DNA of 64,000 nt, from positions 32,001 to 96,000 of IMG/VR virus record IMGVR_UViG_3300020050_016625; one strand, 5' to 3'. The first letter of the stretch is position 1. Each line of letters opens with the position of its first letter. The DNA is from a virus. Its lineage: Duplodnaviria; Caudoviricetes. The notes under the pieces were generated by a model. That model saw nothing but the letters and a program-made list of their open reading frames with translations. It was not told the DNA's origin and did no database searches. Made by a program: the position numbers and the translations under genes. Below are positions 1 through 10,889 of this stretch, piece after piece.

Positions 1-1218
1 TTAAAGAAGTATTTACCCTACATTTCATTTAGTGTAAAGAACGAAAAAATAGTAAATGAATCTATTGCGCCTAAATGGTTAATAGAATCAAGTGCATATA
101 AGTCAGTAAGTGAAAGTGATACAAAATTAAAGTCATTTAATCTAAATGCAGGTGGTAATGCTAATTTATTTGCATCAAATGAAACTATGAATAAGCATGA
201 AATAAATGAATTGAATGATAAAATAAATAAACTTGAGAAACTAAATAAAGAATTAAACGATAATATTTTGTTTATATCTCAAGACAAACAAAATATAAAC
301 GCAAGCGAAAATGAAAAAATAGTAAATGATTTGAGAGATTTATATAAGCAGAATGAAATTGCGTTGCAGGGTAAATACGAGGCGTTACTAAATGACTTGG
401 ATAAGAAATATAGGAATGAGTTAAACAAGCGTATAAATGATTTACTTGAAAGTACAGAAAAAGAAAAGCAAAATATTTTAGTAAGTAAAGAGAAAGATAT
501 TAGTAGCGCAAAGCAAACTATACAAATGGAGACTGCGAAAAAGAACGCTGCTATTTTACAGAAAAATGCAGAAATGATAAGCACTTTGAATGACAAAATA
601 AATGAAACAGCAAAGGAAATTAGCTTGCTCACTTCAAATAATACTACATTACTAAATGAAAAAAAGGCATTAAATGAAAAATTAGCGTATTATTTAGGCA
701 AAGAAAATAATGCTACACAAGCCGCAACTACTACAAAAAGGGTAGTTGTAGGGCTTATTTTGTTTGGATTAGCTGCTATTTCTGTGTTTGTTATTGGTAA
801 TATGATTACTCTATTCAATACAGTTTGCTACTACCCCGAAGCAATTTTGCTTGCTGTGTTTATCGAAGTACTTCTTTGGGGCAATAATATTACCATTTAT
901 GCAAACGACAAAGAAGACATTTCTAATACACAAATAGCAATTACATTCATTACACTTAGTTTTCGATTTGTGGCAAGTGCGTTCGGTGGTTATTACATGG
1001 CAGCCGAAGCAATAGAATTAGCGAAAAAAAGTAACCTAAATAGTGATTTACTTGAAAAATTTACCAATATAGATTTAATTTATTTTGGGTTTGAAGTGGG
1101 AAATGCTGGCTTAATTACTACTGCTTTGTTTATTGCCTTGTTTATGGGATTGATAGAGTTTTTGGCTTTGCCGTATGCGATTAACCAATGGTATTTAAAA
1201 TTTATCAAAAATGTATAA
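1..1218 (+). CDS. Coiled-coil protein with C-terminal transmembrane helices (5' partial)
   Basis: Frame is open from base 1 into ORF 187..1218; long heptad-rich region followed by several hydrophobic segments. Confidence 0.7.
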   Translation, partial: LKKYLPYISFSVKNEKIVNESIAPKWLIESSAYKSVSESDTKLKSFNLNAGGNANLFASNETMNKHEINELNDKINKLEKLNKELNDNILFISQDKQNINASENEKIVNDLRDLYKQNEIALQGKYEALLNDLDKKYRNELNKRINDLLESTEKEKQNILVSKEKDISSAKQTIQMETAKKNAAILQKNAEMISTLNDKINETAKEISLLTSNNTTLLNEKKALNEKLAYYLGKENNATQAATTTKRVVVGLILFGLAAISVFVIGNMITLFNTVCYYPEAILLAVFIEVLLWGNNITIYANDKEDISNTQIAITFITLSFRFVASAFGGYYMAAEAIELAKKSNLNSDLLEKFTNIDLIYFGFEVGNAGLITTALFIALFMGLIEFLALPYAINQWYLKFIKNV

Positions 1219-2026
1219 TCATTTATTACAAAATATAATGAGTTCAAAGAAAGCCATTTACGTGGCTTTACTTTGCTTTTTTCTCATATTTATGTTTATT
1301 TGGCAGGGTGTTGAAACAATGTTAATCGGTGCAGTTGAAACAAAAAATACAGTTGTACGTATATTTGTCATAATTGCCTTATTCGTTTCAATATTTGGCT
1401 ATGTAGCGTATTTATGGGTATGCAGTATGAGAGAAAAGATAGATGTGTTCACAGACTATGTAGCAACGGTAACGGACGAGGCAGAAATAAAGGCAAATGA
1501 GGCATTATTCGACAAAGAAAAAGCATTAGTTAGTGAAGCAGAAAGTGTTTTGGAAGAGTTATATTTACATAAAAATAACTACGAAAAACTCATTAAAGAG
1601 GCATTAAATAAGCGCAAAAAAGATGATAAAATAGGCGAAATTACGCTACCTTTTGACTATTCTTTTAATAGGGATAAATTTGTCCTTACACAGCAAAAAG
1701 GTGCAAATGGACAAACGGTTTATAGTTATGCTTACTACGAATTGAAGGGTAACAAACTAACAATAGGTAAGGCTAATTTCGACAGGGTAATAGATAGTGT
1801 AAACTTTGCGCAAAAGATAGATAGTGATGTTTGTAAACTAAAAATCTATACACAAGCTATCTATAATATTGACTTAATTCCTTCTCCTTACAAAGAAGCA
1901 ATACAGTTAGGCATCTTACAGACTGAAACGGTTTTAACATTGTGCAAGCAATGGAATTGCCAAATAACAGATAAAAATATAGAAGTAGGGGACGTAGATA
2001 GTCAGGACACTATCTTTTTAGAGTAA
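1211..2026 (+). CDS. Hypothetical membrane protein (2 N-terminal TM helices)
   Basis: 271 aa ORF overlapping the upstream stop; two hydrophobic segments. Confidence 0.7.
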   Translation: MYNHLLQNIMSSKKAIYVALLCFFLIFMFIWQGVETMLIGAVETKNTVVRIFVIIALFVSIFGYVAYLWVCSMREKIDVFTDYVATVTDEAEIKANEALFDKEKALVSEAESVLEELYLHKNNYEKLIKEALNKRKKDDKIGEITLPFDYSFNRDKFVLTQQKGANGQTVYSYAYYELKGNKLTIGKANFDRVIDSVNFAQKIDSDVCKLKIYTQAIYNIDLIPSPYKEAIQLGILQTETVLTLCKQWNCQITDKNIEVGDVDSQDTIFLE

Positions 2027-2230
2027 TAAACTATTGATATGTATATTTTTGTAGTAAAAAGTTTGCAAAAACTATATAAAAATATATAGGTATCCCCTAC
2101 TCTTATAAATGCTAAAATTACCCTTATTTTCAACTAACGGGAGGTGTATTTGCACCACCTACTAAAAATGAAAATAGGGGCTAAAATATAGTTTTAATAA
2201 CCAATTATTCATTTACATTATTTTTAATTT

Positions 2231-2737
2231 ATGGAAAAGCAAATCGAACTAATCAAGAATTTAATCGCACTTTCTAAGAGTACAGATAGCGAAGCGGAAG
2301 CGCAAAATGCCGCAAATACGGTAAGGCTTTTAATGAAAAAACATGGCGTTACAGAAGCGGATTTGCAAGAAACAAAGTGCGAAAAGTTTAGATTTACATA
2401 TCAAAAAGACTACGAAAAAAAGTTGATTATTCAAGTTTGCGCAAAGGTTTTAGATAGTAGTAGATTTGATATTTATGTGAATAAAGATGGTAGGACAAAG
2501 CCTTTTCTTGGCATAGAAATGACACATTACCAATTCATGCAAGCAATGTCAATGATTGACTTTTACAAGCCGATTATGGAGAAAGAAATGTCTAAGGCGG
2601 CATCTGCTTTTTGCCTTGCGCAAGGCTTATCTGCAACGCCCGTAATAGTAGATAAATTAAGTGAAAAAGACTTGGAGTTGCAATTACTTACAGGTAGCTT
2701 CAAAAAACACAACTATAATAAAGCCTTAAATGAGTAA
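2231..2737 (+). CDS. DUF2786-like protein
   Basis: N-terminal IKNLIALSKS..EAEAQNAA...LLMKKHG pattern typical of DUF2786. Confidence 0.7.
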   Translation: MEKQIELIKNLIALSKSTDSEAEAQNAANTVRLLMKKHGVTEADLQETKCEKFRFTYQKDYEKKLIIQVCAKVLDSSRFDIYVNKDGRTKPFLGIEMTHYQFMQAMSMIDFYKPIMEKEMSKAASAFCLAQGLSATPVIVDKLSEKDLELQLLTGSFKKHNYNKALNE

Positions 2738-2987
2738 AATATTTGATTTGCAAAATGGTTACAAAGTAGTTATACAACGCTACGAATTAACCGATATTGA
2801 ATTAGAAGAACGATATTTCAAAGATTTTAAATACTGTTTACTTCTATCTTTCAAATATAATGGCTATAACGTCTATACAGACGAGTTGCGCTATGCCAGC
2901 GATATGCAAAGAGATATAGATTATCATAATTTCACAGAAGTAAAAGCAAGGCAATTTGCTAATACCGCTTATTTATTGACAAAATGA
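2730..2987 (+). CDS. Hypothetical protein
   Basis: ORF coupled to its neighbours. Confidence 0.6.
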   Translation: MSKIFDLQNGYKVVIQRYELTDIELEERYFKDFKYCLLLSFKYNGYNVYTDELRYASDMQRDIDYHNFTEVKARQFANTAYLLTK

Positions 2988-4066
2988 CAATAGACTTAAA
3001 AGATAGATTTAATACTTTACTTGGAGACAAAAAAGAACAGGATATAATTCCTATTTTTTTCATGTATATGTTTCGCAGGTTTGGTATGCCACATGAAAGT
3101 AAGGATATTTTAGGTAAGTGGGTGATTTACCACCCTTGTAAAATTGTCGTATCATTTACCGATTTTAGCAATATAGAAATATTGTATGTAAATCATATTA
3201 ACAATATACCTACAATGGCTAATACAGTAGAATCTTTCATGCAATCACTTTTACATAGTGTAGATTTGCAAGAAAATAGATTTAATATATTTGGGGAGTG
3301 CACCCAAACTATACTACCATACTTTACATACGAAAATACAGTAGAAAATAACGAACTTATTAATTACTTGTTTTTCAGACAATCGCCTTACTATTTTAGG
3401 TCTTTATTAGAAACTGCTTTGTTTGGCGAGTGCCGTTACAATATTCCCATATACAGCGTAAATGAGAACTTTGTAGATAAGTGGCATTTAGTTGCGCCTA
3501 CCTTTTTCTGCTATTTATTCAAAAGGTATGGCATAGATGTAAATACGATAACAGACTATTGTATTTGCACATTTAAAGTGCCTACCAAAATGCAGGGCGT
3601 TTATTTAAGAATCATATTCAAAACGATTGACTATGTACATGTAGATTGTATTATTGATAATGAAATTTCTGTCAAAACAGACAAAGAACGTGTGCAATTA
3701 AACCGTTTATATAAACGAAATTTTAGGCAATTTTGTATTGATAATGATTTGCCTATTAAATTAGATTGTATGAATAAAGCTGATTTAATAGCTGCATACG
3801 AATCATACTTGGAAACACAAGGCTTTGCTAAAGATGTAAAACTAAGTAGGAAAGACAATGATAAATATAGTGATTTGTTTTATGAGTACTACGAAAATAA
3901 ACAAATGGCAAGTTTTGAGAAGTTTGCAGTATCTGAAAAATATATTGATAGGATAGGCGAGACAAAAACCGTAACCAAAGGAATAAAAGCATGTAAAGAG
4001 TTGATAGATTCTTTCTTAGATTCAATACAGGTAGGCAATACTTGGATAAATGCAATAGGATTATAA
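2984..4066 (+). CDS. Hypothetical protein with internal duplication (FFxYxFxR[FY]G twice)
   Basis: 360 aa; FFMYMFRRFG and FFCYLFKRYG. Confidence 0.7.
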   Translation: MTIDLKDRFNTLLGDKKEQDIIPIFFMYMFRRFGMPHESKDILGKWVIYHPCKIVVSFTDFSNIEILYVNHINNIPTMANTVESFMQSLLHSVDLQENRFNIFGECTQTILPYFTYENTVENNELINYLFFRQSPYYFRSLLETALFGECRYNIPIYSVNENFVDKWHLVAPTFFCYLFKRYGIDVNTITDYCICTFKVPTKMQGVYLRIIFKTIDYVHVDCIIDNEISVKTDKERVQLNRLYKRNFRQFCIDNDLPIKLDCMNKADLIAAYESYLETQGFAKDVKLSRKDNDKYSDLFYEYYENKQMASFEKFAVSEKYIDRIGETKTVTKGIKACKELIDSFLDSIQVGNTWINAIGL

Positions 4067-4122
4067 GCAAACATTTTCCTTACAGATAAGTTACTATATA
4101 TAAACTGCTAACAACTATAAAA

Positions 4123-4434
4123 ATGACATATATTCATAATAACCTAAGATACCTATTTGCAGACTATATAAAATATAGTTATACAGGCATAATGAAAAGC
4201 TACGACATGCCTTTTGCCAAAGCAGATGCAAGTGTTTCGATAAGTTTCAAAACTTACCTGCAATACAGATTTAGCAACGAATGGTGCAAAATTTTAGCTA
4301 CTGCGTGGGGTATCAACCAAAGGGAATTGGCTATACAGGCAAAGATGTTTAATGAAATTGCAGGGGTTTTAGATACGGGTATATCGCTTAGTAATGACTT
4401 CTATACAAAAAATCTAATCAATGAAAAAGTTTAA
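4123..4434 (+). CDS. Hypothetical protein
   Basis: ORF downstream of class II promoter at 4070-4093. Confidence 0.55.
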   Translation: MTYIHNNLRYLFADYIKYSYTGIMKSYDMPFAKADASVSISFKTYLQYRFSNEWCKILATAWGINQRELAIQAKMFNEIAGVLDTGISLSNDFYTKNLINEKV

Positions 4435-4648
4435 ATCATTCATAGGAAATCTTCTTTGCAGCTTCGGTTTTCATACATGGGTAATTTGCCGTATGGTAGA
4501 TAACAAGGGTAGATTAACAAACTATCATAGAGATTGTGAGTATTGCAACAAAGAACAAAAATTGCAACGTCCCGAAAAGTATCACCCTGTCAAATACATT
4601 TGGGTAGATGTTGATACGCCTATCAAAAATAATGACCAATTAGACTAA
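4421..4648 (+). CDS. Small Cys/His protein (LLCxFGFHxW...CxxC), DUF1660-like
   Basis: CSFGFHTW and CEYC motifs. Confidence 0.55.
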   Translation: MKKFKSFIGNLLCSFGFHTWVICRMVDNKGRLTNYHRDCEYCNKEQKLQRPEKYHPVKYIWVDVDTPIKNNDQLD

Positions 4649-4902
4649 TGAAAGATAAATCACTAAGGGAGTTGCGCCTTCAAAAATGGAATAAGCAACT
4701 CAAAGAAACGGAAAAGGAAATCCACAAGCAAATGCGAAAAGCAGATAATGGCTTAAAAGATTTGTTAGGATTTAAAGGTTACAAAAAAACGCCTAAAAAC
4801 TTTACGAAAACTCAAAGAAAAGCAATGAAGAAAGTGCATTTTCTCATACAAAAAGAAAGTAGATTAATTGAAAAAATACGCAATATTGACTTAATAAAAT
4901 GA
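4648..4902 (+). CDS. Basic hypothetical protein
   Basis: TAATG coupling to upstream gene. Confidence 0.6.
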   Translation: MKDKSLRELRLQKWNKQLKETEKEIHKQMRKADNGLKDLLGFKGYKKTPKNFTKTQRKAMKKVHFLIQKESRLIEKIRNIDLIK

Positions 4903-5630
4903 AAGAATATAAATTCCCTTTTGGTAATGGCTACTTTATATCAAACGAAATAGAATTTGAGGCTACAAAAAACCTAAAAGGCTATTTTATGGTAGCCAAA
5001 GAACCGTATGATTGTACTAATGGTTATGAATCCAATTTATATAAAATAGGCGAAAAGATAACTTGTGAACAAAATACATTTAAAGGCTTATGTAGTGCTT
5101 TTTTTGACTATTGCCAAAAATATCTACTATCTATTTCGCCTAATGATTTTATAGGATTGTTCTTAAAAGCAGGTACGCACATTACAGATAATGCGTATAA
5201 TGACTATGAATTTGGATTGACACAAGGGATAAGTGGTATAAATTATAGCGAAATGAGATGTGAGTTAAAAGTTGATTTACCACCGTACAACTATGTAAGC
5301 CTATGCTTATTATTCATAGAAAAAGAAGCTATCGAAATAGGTAAATTATCTAATGAGTTAATAGAAGTAGAATATGACGATAATTCAAAAGAGGTATTAA
5401 ATGTAACAGCTATTCAAACACGCAAAGAAGCGATTGAATTATGTAATAAATTCACAAAGGAAGCACTAAAGAAAGATAATGCCTTTGAATATTTGGATAT
5501 ATTCAAGAATAACTTTGATAGCTGTAGGAATTACGAAATAGAAACATATTTAGAAAAAATTACAGGAAATTTAACTTATAGGATAGTTGAAAAGTGTCCT
5601 TTTAATAACTTTTCATGGTTCGATGCTTAA
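4899..5630 (+). CDS. Hypothetical protein
   Basis: 243 aa ORF. Confidence 0.65.
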   Translation: MKEYKFPFGNGYFISNEIEFEATKNLKGYFMVAKEPYDCTNGYESNLYKIGEKITCEQNTFKGLCSAFFDYCQKYLLSISPNDFIGLFLKAGTHITDNAYNDYEFGLTQGISGINYSEMRCELKVDLPPYNYVSLCLLFIEKEAIEIGKLSNELIEVEYDDNSKEVLNVTAIQTRKEAIELCNKFTKEALKKDNAFEYLDIFKNNFDSCRNYEIETYLEKITGNLTYRIVEKCPFNNFSWFDA

Positions 5631-5695
5631 TAATAGCGTGGAGTTTTTGAGATGTATTTTTAAGGCAAAATAAAAAGGGGTATTTTTGAAAACAA

Positions 5696-5731
5696 AGAAA
5701 AAGGCACTTAGTAAAATAAGTGCCTTTTTCT
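5696..5731. terminator. Bidirectional intrinsic terminator
   Basis: AGAAAAAGGCACTTA-gtaaaa-TAAGTGCCTTTTTCT between convergent genes. Confidence 0.85.
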
Positions 5732-6618
5732 TATATAGCTATCGTATATTCCTGCACAAACGTTATTTCGCAACGCTCCCCTGTCTTTAGCTGTACCTTG
5801 ATATTTGGGATAGTTACCCTATATAATTCCCCGTCATATACAGCACTCAAAGCATCATCTGTATAAATCATTACATTATTTGCAGGATTTATACTAACAA
5901 AATCAAGTGTGCCAGGAGATATGCCTGGAGGTATAATTCTTTCAATTATAGCAACGGGGTGGTCTAAGAAATATTCAATTAAACCATTTGTAGCAAGTTC
6001 TACATATACAATAGAAATGAAGTCGCTATAAATAGTGCTGCTTATTACAAATGGAGCTAATGCAAAATCATACATACTCAACCGCTTACATGGTGCAATA
6101 TCTAACGGGTCAATAGCTTCTTTTACTAATATAGCCACAATGCTATTCTCGCCACTCAATACACCTACTGTATCTTGTGTACTATCTATTGCAGTGCTAT
6201 TCATTTGAACCGCTGCATATTCAAATGTTACAGATTGTGTAGTTATCCCATTAGGCGTATAAGCTATATCGTGTGGGAAATTAGGTATAAAAGAACGGTA
6301 ATTATAAAATGTAAATGATACATTTGCGCCTTGCCTTAAATAAGCAAACATTATCAATACCTTTTGCCTTGTTTCTGCGCTGTAATTAGCATTGCAATTA
6401 AAAGAAAATGACAAACCGCTGTATTTTGGGGTACTACTACTTTTACCTAATTCACTTGTATATATTTCAATATCTATTCCATCATTTTGCATTACTTCCC
6501 AAATCTCATAACTACTAAACATAATTGTTACAGGAGGAGGCGTTACTATGCCTACGGGTGGTAATTGGAACGTAAATGAAATATACTCTTTTACAAATTT
6601 ATCTATTCTTTCTAACAT
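5731..6618 (-). CDS. Putative virion structural (distal tail) protein
   Basis: Last gene of a coupled minus-strand operon; beta-rich composition; product inferred from context. Confidence 0.55.
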   Translation of the reverse strand: MLERIDKFVKEYISFTFQLPPVGIVTPPPVTIMFSSYEIWEVMQNDGIDIEIYTSELGKSSSTPKYSGLSFSFNCNANYSAETRQKVLIMFAYLRQGANVSFTFYNYRSFIPNFPHDIAYTPNGITTQSVTFEYAAVQMNSTAIDSTQDTVGVLSGENSIVAILVKEAIDPLDIAPCKRLSMYDFALAPFVISSTIYSDFISIVYVELATNGLIEYFLDHPVAIIERIIPPGISPGTLDFVSINPANNVMIYTDDALSAVYDGELYRVTIPNIKVQLKTGERCEITFVQEYTIAI

Positions 6619-7496
6619 GTTTTGAATAATTTACAGTTTAAGCCATATAATCCATCACTATTCATGTCAAAATCCTGATACCCTGTATTACAAACCCAAA
6701 GAAAATCGTTATTGTAATAAGGGTCGCTTGTGGACATCGGGTCATAAGGTGCTTCATTCCACATAGATATTATAATCCAGTCTTTTGTTGTCTCTCCTGC
6801 AATAGGCGTTATTGGTAATACTATTTCCTTTTGAATATCTGTTATAGTCCAAATAGGGCAGTCGGTATCGTCAAATATAAGTGTTTTTATAGGAGGAAAC
6901 ATACTACCACTTGGATTTTCCTGCATATACCAACACTCAATATGTTGCCTATAAGCTAAGGAATAAGCATTATCTTCTTTAAACTCCCTTATATCCATAT
7001 AAGAAGAGTTGGTTATTTCTGTATTGTCAATATCGTGCCTTTGCCCACGCCTTACCGTTGCAAATATTTGAGCATGAGTATAACCTGCATTTTCAAATTG
7101 CGCAATTTTATATTGCTTGCCACTTATTCCATTATCTACAATAGGGCTACCGTATAGAGAGCCATCGGGTGTATTGCCTGCGTATAAGTTGCTACAATGA
7201 TTGTATCTTGGAAATGCAGGTTGAAACCTAATATAATCTGTCTCGTATTTCCATTTTATAAGCCTACTTGTATTATTGGAATAAGAATGAATCATATTCC
7301 AAGTATTTCCTATAATTGGGGTTACTAAATTTCCATCTATTGTACTAAATAAACTCACGACATTATCGCCACGCTCAAAAGAACTTTGCCCTAAATCCCT
7401 TACAGCATTTCCCCAAACGGCTTCAATTTGTTCGCCGCAAAATACTGTGTTTATGCAATGCAGATTTTTTAAACCTACTCTTATTGGGTTTGCCAT
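6612..7496 (-). CDS. Putative tail/baseplate protein
   Basis: Coupled minus-strand operon; context. Confidence 0.55.
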   Translation of the reverse strand: MANPIRVGLKNLHCINTVFCGEQIEAVWGNAVRDLGQSSFERGDNVVSLFSTIDGNLVTPIIGNTWNMIHSYSNNTSRLIKWKYETDYIRFQPAFPRYNHCSNLYAGNTPDGSLYGSPIVDNGISGKQYKIAQFENAGYTHAQIFATVRRGQRHDIDNTEITNSSYMDIREFKEDNAYSLAYRQHIECWYMQENPSGSMFPPIKTLIFDDTDCPIWTITDIQKEIVLPITPIAGETTKDWIIISMWNEAPYDPMSTSDPYYNNDFLWVCNTGYQDFDMNSDGLYGLNCKLFKTC

Positions 7497-9337
7497 TATT
7501 TGAATCTTGAATTAATTCCACACCAATTAGTCTCGCACCAACGGCAAGGCAAAATAGGTTCTGGAACTGACATACATTGTATTGTTACTATACCACCTAT
7601 TTTCTTACTTATAGAATAAATCATAAAGTACTTAGCAAGCGATTTATCCACATTTGGCAAAATAGGGGCTAAATTAAAATCGGCTATGAATTTATCGCCT
7701 ACATCTAATGTTATGCCAAATTGGGGAAGTACATTTGCAGATAGTCTAATATGTGATAACATTACCCACTTCCATAAATAGGCATTTATTTGCTCCACTA
7801 TTAAATCTGAAACACCTAACTTATAATAAGGCAAAGTTACTTTATATACATTAGCTTTTGTAGATATGAAATATTCTGCCGCAAATGATTCAATCGGCTT
7901 ACCTACACTTTCTGTAAATTCATTCGTACCGTAATAAAGCTCCATGCTATTAAAAGGTTGCGTACCACTTACAGTATGAGAACCTTCCACTTTTGCGCCT
8001 ATACTACCCACGTGATTGCTGCCTATTCTTTGTAAAAGTTGTGATTCATTATAATACCAATTTGTATTTATTGAAATCCTACCTTGTGTATCGAAAGTTA
8101 ATTGGCAGCCTATATGGTCTAATACCTTTTGTGCTATATTTTTTACCTGCAATGGTTTTTCATTAGAGCCATATCTAAATTTTTCATTAGATTTATTCCA
8201 TTCATTTATATATAGTTTTACAAATGAAAAACTTTCTTCTAATTCGAGAAATCTATCATAATCAATTGGCAATGCAGGGTCTAAAACAGATACAGCACTA
8301 TTATTCCATGTATTCGTGTAAGACCGTATAATCATATCTAAAACAATAGAAATAGGATTACCCTTTACTGTGAATGATAAGTAGAAATCAACTGTTTTAT
8401 TCCTTATATCTGTGAATGGATTAGGCTCTTGCGGATTAGTTACATAGACAATTATTTTATCAACACCTATTTCATCTTGATAAGCTAATGGAATATCAAT
8501 ATCTAAATAGCCACTCGCTAAAATAGGCGCATGTACTATTTTTATTGACTTAAAAACGGGCGTTGTAAGTGTTACGGTGTAATGATTATCCCATTTTAAG
8601 GTATATTTACCAAGTTTTGCGTTTTTTGTTGTATTTAGGTTTACGCTATAAATATCCACAGCATTATCCTTTGCATCAACTAATGCTTTTAATGTTGCTT
8701 GCTCATTAAAATATAATACAGGGTGATAATAGGTAATGTTTTGAAAAGGTGTTGATACGCCTATATAGCTATTATTTGTTTCTGTAATAATACCAGAACC
8801 ATAATCGCTATAAGCATGAGTTCCATATTGATTTGTACATAACTCCTTATCAATCATATCCCACAAAGACGATTCAATATCGTATGTAACCGTATCAAAT
8901 GTTTCAGTTGGTGTAAGATTTACTTTGCCTGTATAAATAGGAATATCAGGCACATTTTGCGTTTTTGCGTAAATCTCAAAAAGCATACTGCTTATATCTG
9001 TGATACCTGCACCCTGCCCTACAAACTGCCAAAAGTCGCCGTATATCTTTTTTAATTGTATCTTAACTGCGCCGTATTGTGTACTTATAGCCTCGCCATT
9101 AAATGTGGGTAATTCAGGAATAGTCTTATTGATAACTATACTTTCATTATTCACAGCATTTGAAACATCAAAACAATGATTTTCTGTTTCGCTTGTGTCG
9201 TAAGTAAAAATACCACCTACTACACTTGTTATTTTGTAACCCTTTGCATATAGCAATACCTTTGCGCTAATACGTGCTGTATTGTGCTTATTTAGTGCAT
9301 CTATGATTGCTTGTGTAGTATTTAATATATGTGGCAT
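7496..9337 (-). CDS. Putative tail tip/baseplate hub protein
   Basis: 613 aa; hub-like C-terminus (ITLDVGDKFIAD...MIYSISKKI); same strand as and downstream of tape measure. Confidence 0.6.
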   Translation of the reverse strand: MPHILNTTQAIIDALNKHNTARISAKVLLYAKGYKITSVVGGIFTYDTSETENHCFDVSNAVNNESIVINKTIPELPTFNGEAISTQYGAVKIQLKKIYGDFWQFVGQGAGITDISSMLFEIYAKTQNVPDIPIYTGKVNLTPTETFDTVTYDIESSLWDMIDKELCTNQYGTHAYSDYGSGIITETNNSYIGVSTPFQNITYYHPVLYFNEQATLKALVDAKDNAVDIYSVNLNTTKNAKLGKYTLKWDNHYTVTLTTPVFKSIKIVHAPILASGYLDIDIPLAYQDEIGVDKIIVYVTNPQEPNPFTDIRNKTVDFYLSFTVKGNPISIVLDMIIRSYTNTWNNSAVSVLDPALPIDYDRFLELEESFSFVKLYINEWNKSNEKFRYGSNEKPLQVKNIAQKVLDHIGCQLTFDTQGRISINTNWYYNESQLLQRIGSNHVGSIGAKVEGSHTVSGTQPFNSMELYYGTNEFTESVGKPIESFAAEYFISTKANVYKVTLPYYKLGVSDLIVEQINAYLWKWVMLSHIRLSANVLPQFGITLDVGDKFIADFNLAPILPNVDKSLAKYFMIYSISKKIGGIVTIQCMSVPEPILPCRWCETNWCGINSRFK

Positions 9338-9473
9338 TTAAGGCTATTTAAGTGCAAAAATAGCTGTGTAGTACGTAGTTTGTTTTTTTATGTAAAAATT
9401 GTAAACAAAATTTAGGCTTAAAGGTTAATACAATATAATTTTATACAATTCTCACTTTTGATTATGAAAAAAA

Positions 9474-9956
9474 ATGATTAATTCTACACTTGATACAACA
9501 AAAACAAAGGCTGCTGGCATAATGCAAAGCCTTGTAAATAATGTACCTAATTTAGCTTTATGGGTAGGTTTTGCATGTTTCTTAGTATTTGGTATATTTG
9601 AAATGATATACTATTTTAGCGCATTTCACGAAGGTTTAAATTGGTTTTTAAGCGTATCGTTGTGCATTATTGTAGCCTTTATTATTGAAGCAGGGCGTGT
9701 AGTGCTTTTGCTTGCGACAATGGCAGATACAAGCAAGGTTTCAAAGGATAAAAAAATAGCTGCTATAATTCCTGTTGCAGGTCTTTTATTGACTGCATGG
9801 TTGGTAGCTTACCAGTATAATTCAATTGATTTAATGGCACAAATGTGGGCGAATAAGCCTAACTTTGTAAAGACGTTGAAACACTTACTATATTTCTTAA
9901 ACTTATTTTCTTTGTTACTTGAAATTAGGATAGCATTTGTTTTAGTAAGAATGTAA
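9474..9956 (+). CDS. Four-TM membrane protein
   Basis: Four hydrophobic segments; class II promoter at 9404-9427. Confidence 0.7.
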   Translation: MINSTLDTTKTKAAGIMQSLVNNVPNLALWVGFACFLVFGIFEMIYYFSAFHEGLNWFLSVSLCIIVAFIIEAGRVVLLLATMADTSKVSKDKKIAAIIPVAGLLLTAWLVAYQYNSIDLMAQMWANKPNFVKTLKHLLYFLNLFSLLLEIRIAFVLVRM

Positions 9957-10014
9957 ACATATTGTCTTGCTTTTTGTTAATGCTTAGTGTGGTATTCACA
10001 TTAAGCATTTTTTT

Positions 10015-10245
10015 ATGAAAATAAAAACAAACTTTGGTGTAATGAAAATTAAGGCTGTTAGTTTGCCTAATATACGCCTTATTATAAAGCGTAATAAAGG
10101 TAAGACAAATGTAGTAATAGCGCAAAGAAAGCCTTTATTTTACCTGTATAAAGATAAATCAAAGAAGGGTAAGGATAGAATAAAAGTGCAAATATCTTAC
10201 AATCCTATTTACGGCATTTCAAAATTATTGAATTTATTTCAATGA
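10015..10245 (+). CDS. Basic hypothetical protein
   Basis: ORF. Confidence 0.45.
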   Translation: MKIKTNFGVMKIKAVSLPNIRLIIKRNKGKTNVVIAQRKPLFYLYKDKSKKGKDRIKVQISYNPIYGISKLLNLFQ

Positions 10246-10279
10246 GAAATCTAAGCAAAAACATATTAAACAATAATAT

Positions 10280-10534
10280 ATGCTCACTACAATCAAACAT
10301 TTTATCGAAGGCTTTTTCGCTACGTTAGGCGAAAAAGAAAAGCCTGTTGCAAAAGAAGACAATGCTATAAAGGAGTGTTGCAAAATAGCTATCAATAAGG
10401 CTATTAAGAACAAAGAACACCAAGATATTTTCGCTAATAACCCAAACAAGACAATAATCGTTTCTGCTTATTGTGAGGCATGTAATTCTACACTCAATAT
10501 TGCCGTAAAATGCAAATCAACAAATAATTCTTAA
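10280..10534 (+). CDS. Cys-containing hypothetical protein (possible Zn finger)
   Basis: ECC...YCEAC. Confidence 0.55.
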   Translation: MLTTIKHFIEGFFATLGEKEKPVAKEDNAIKECCKIAINKAIKNKEHQDIFANNPNKTIIVSAYCEACNSTLNIAVKCKSTNNS

Positions 10535-10577
10535 TATAACTATTTACATCACAAAGTGGATTTTAGTACATGGTTTC

Positions 10578-10859
10578 ATGGAAGTAGAAATAGGAAATAA
10601 TTTCCAAGATAAAGGAAATTATTGTTTCGGGTCAGTTGCAAAAGGTTTCGTAGATGCGCCTTACTTCAAAAATATAGATGCTTTTGAAAATAAGTTAGCT
10701 GCAATAGGCGACTGCGAAACACGCCTTATTAAAAAAATAAATGCGATTGAAAAAAAAGCACAAAAGTTTCAAAGTGATTCAAAGGAATACATTAAATATC
10801 AAAAGGCTATAAAAACATGGCTAAATAAAATTGACAAAGTAAAGGCACTTGCTAAATAA
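10578..10859 (+). CDS. Hypothetical protein
   Basis: ORF. Confidence 0.55.
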   Translation: MEVEIGNNFQDKGNYCFGSVAKGFVDAPYFKNIDAFENKLAAIGDCETRLIKKINAIEKKAQKFQSDSKEYIKYQKAIKTWLNKIDKVKALAK

Positions 10860-10889
10860 TTCTATATATTTGCCAAAAAAAACAAAGTT

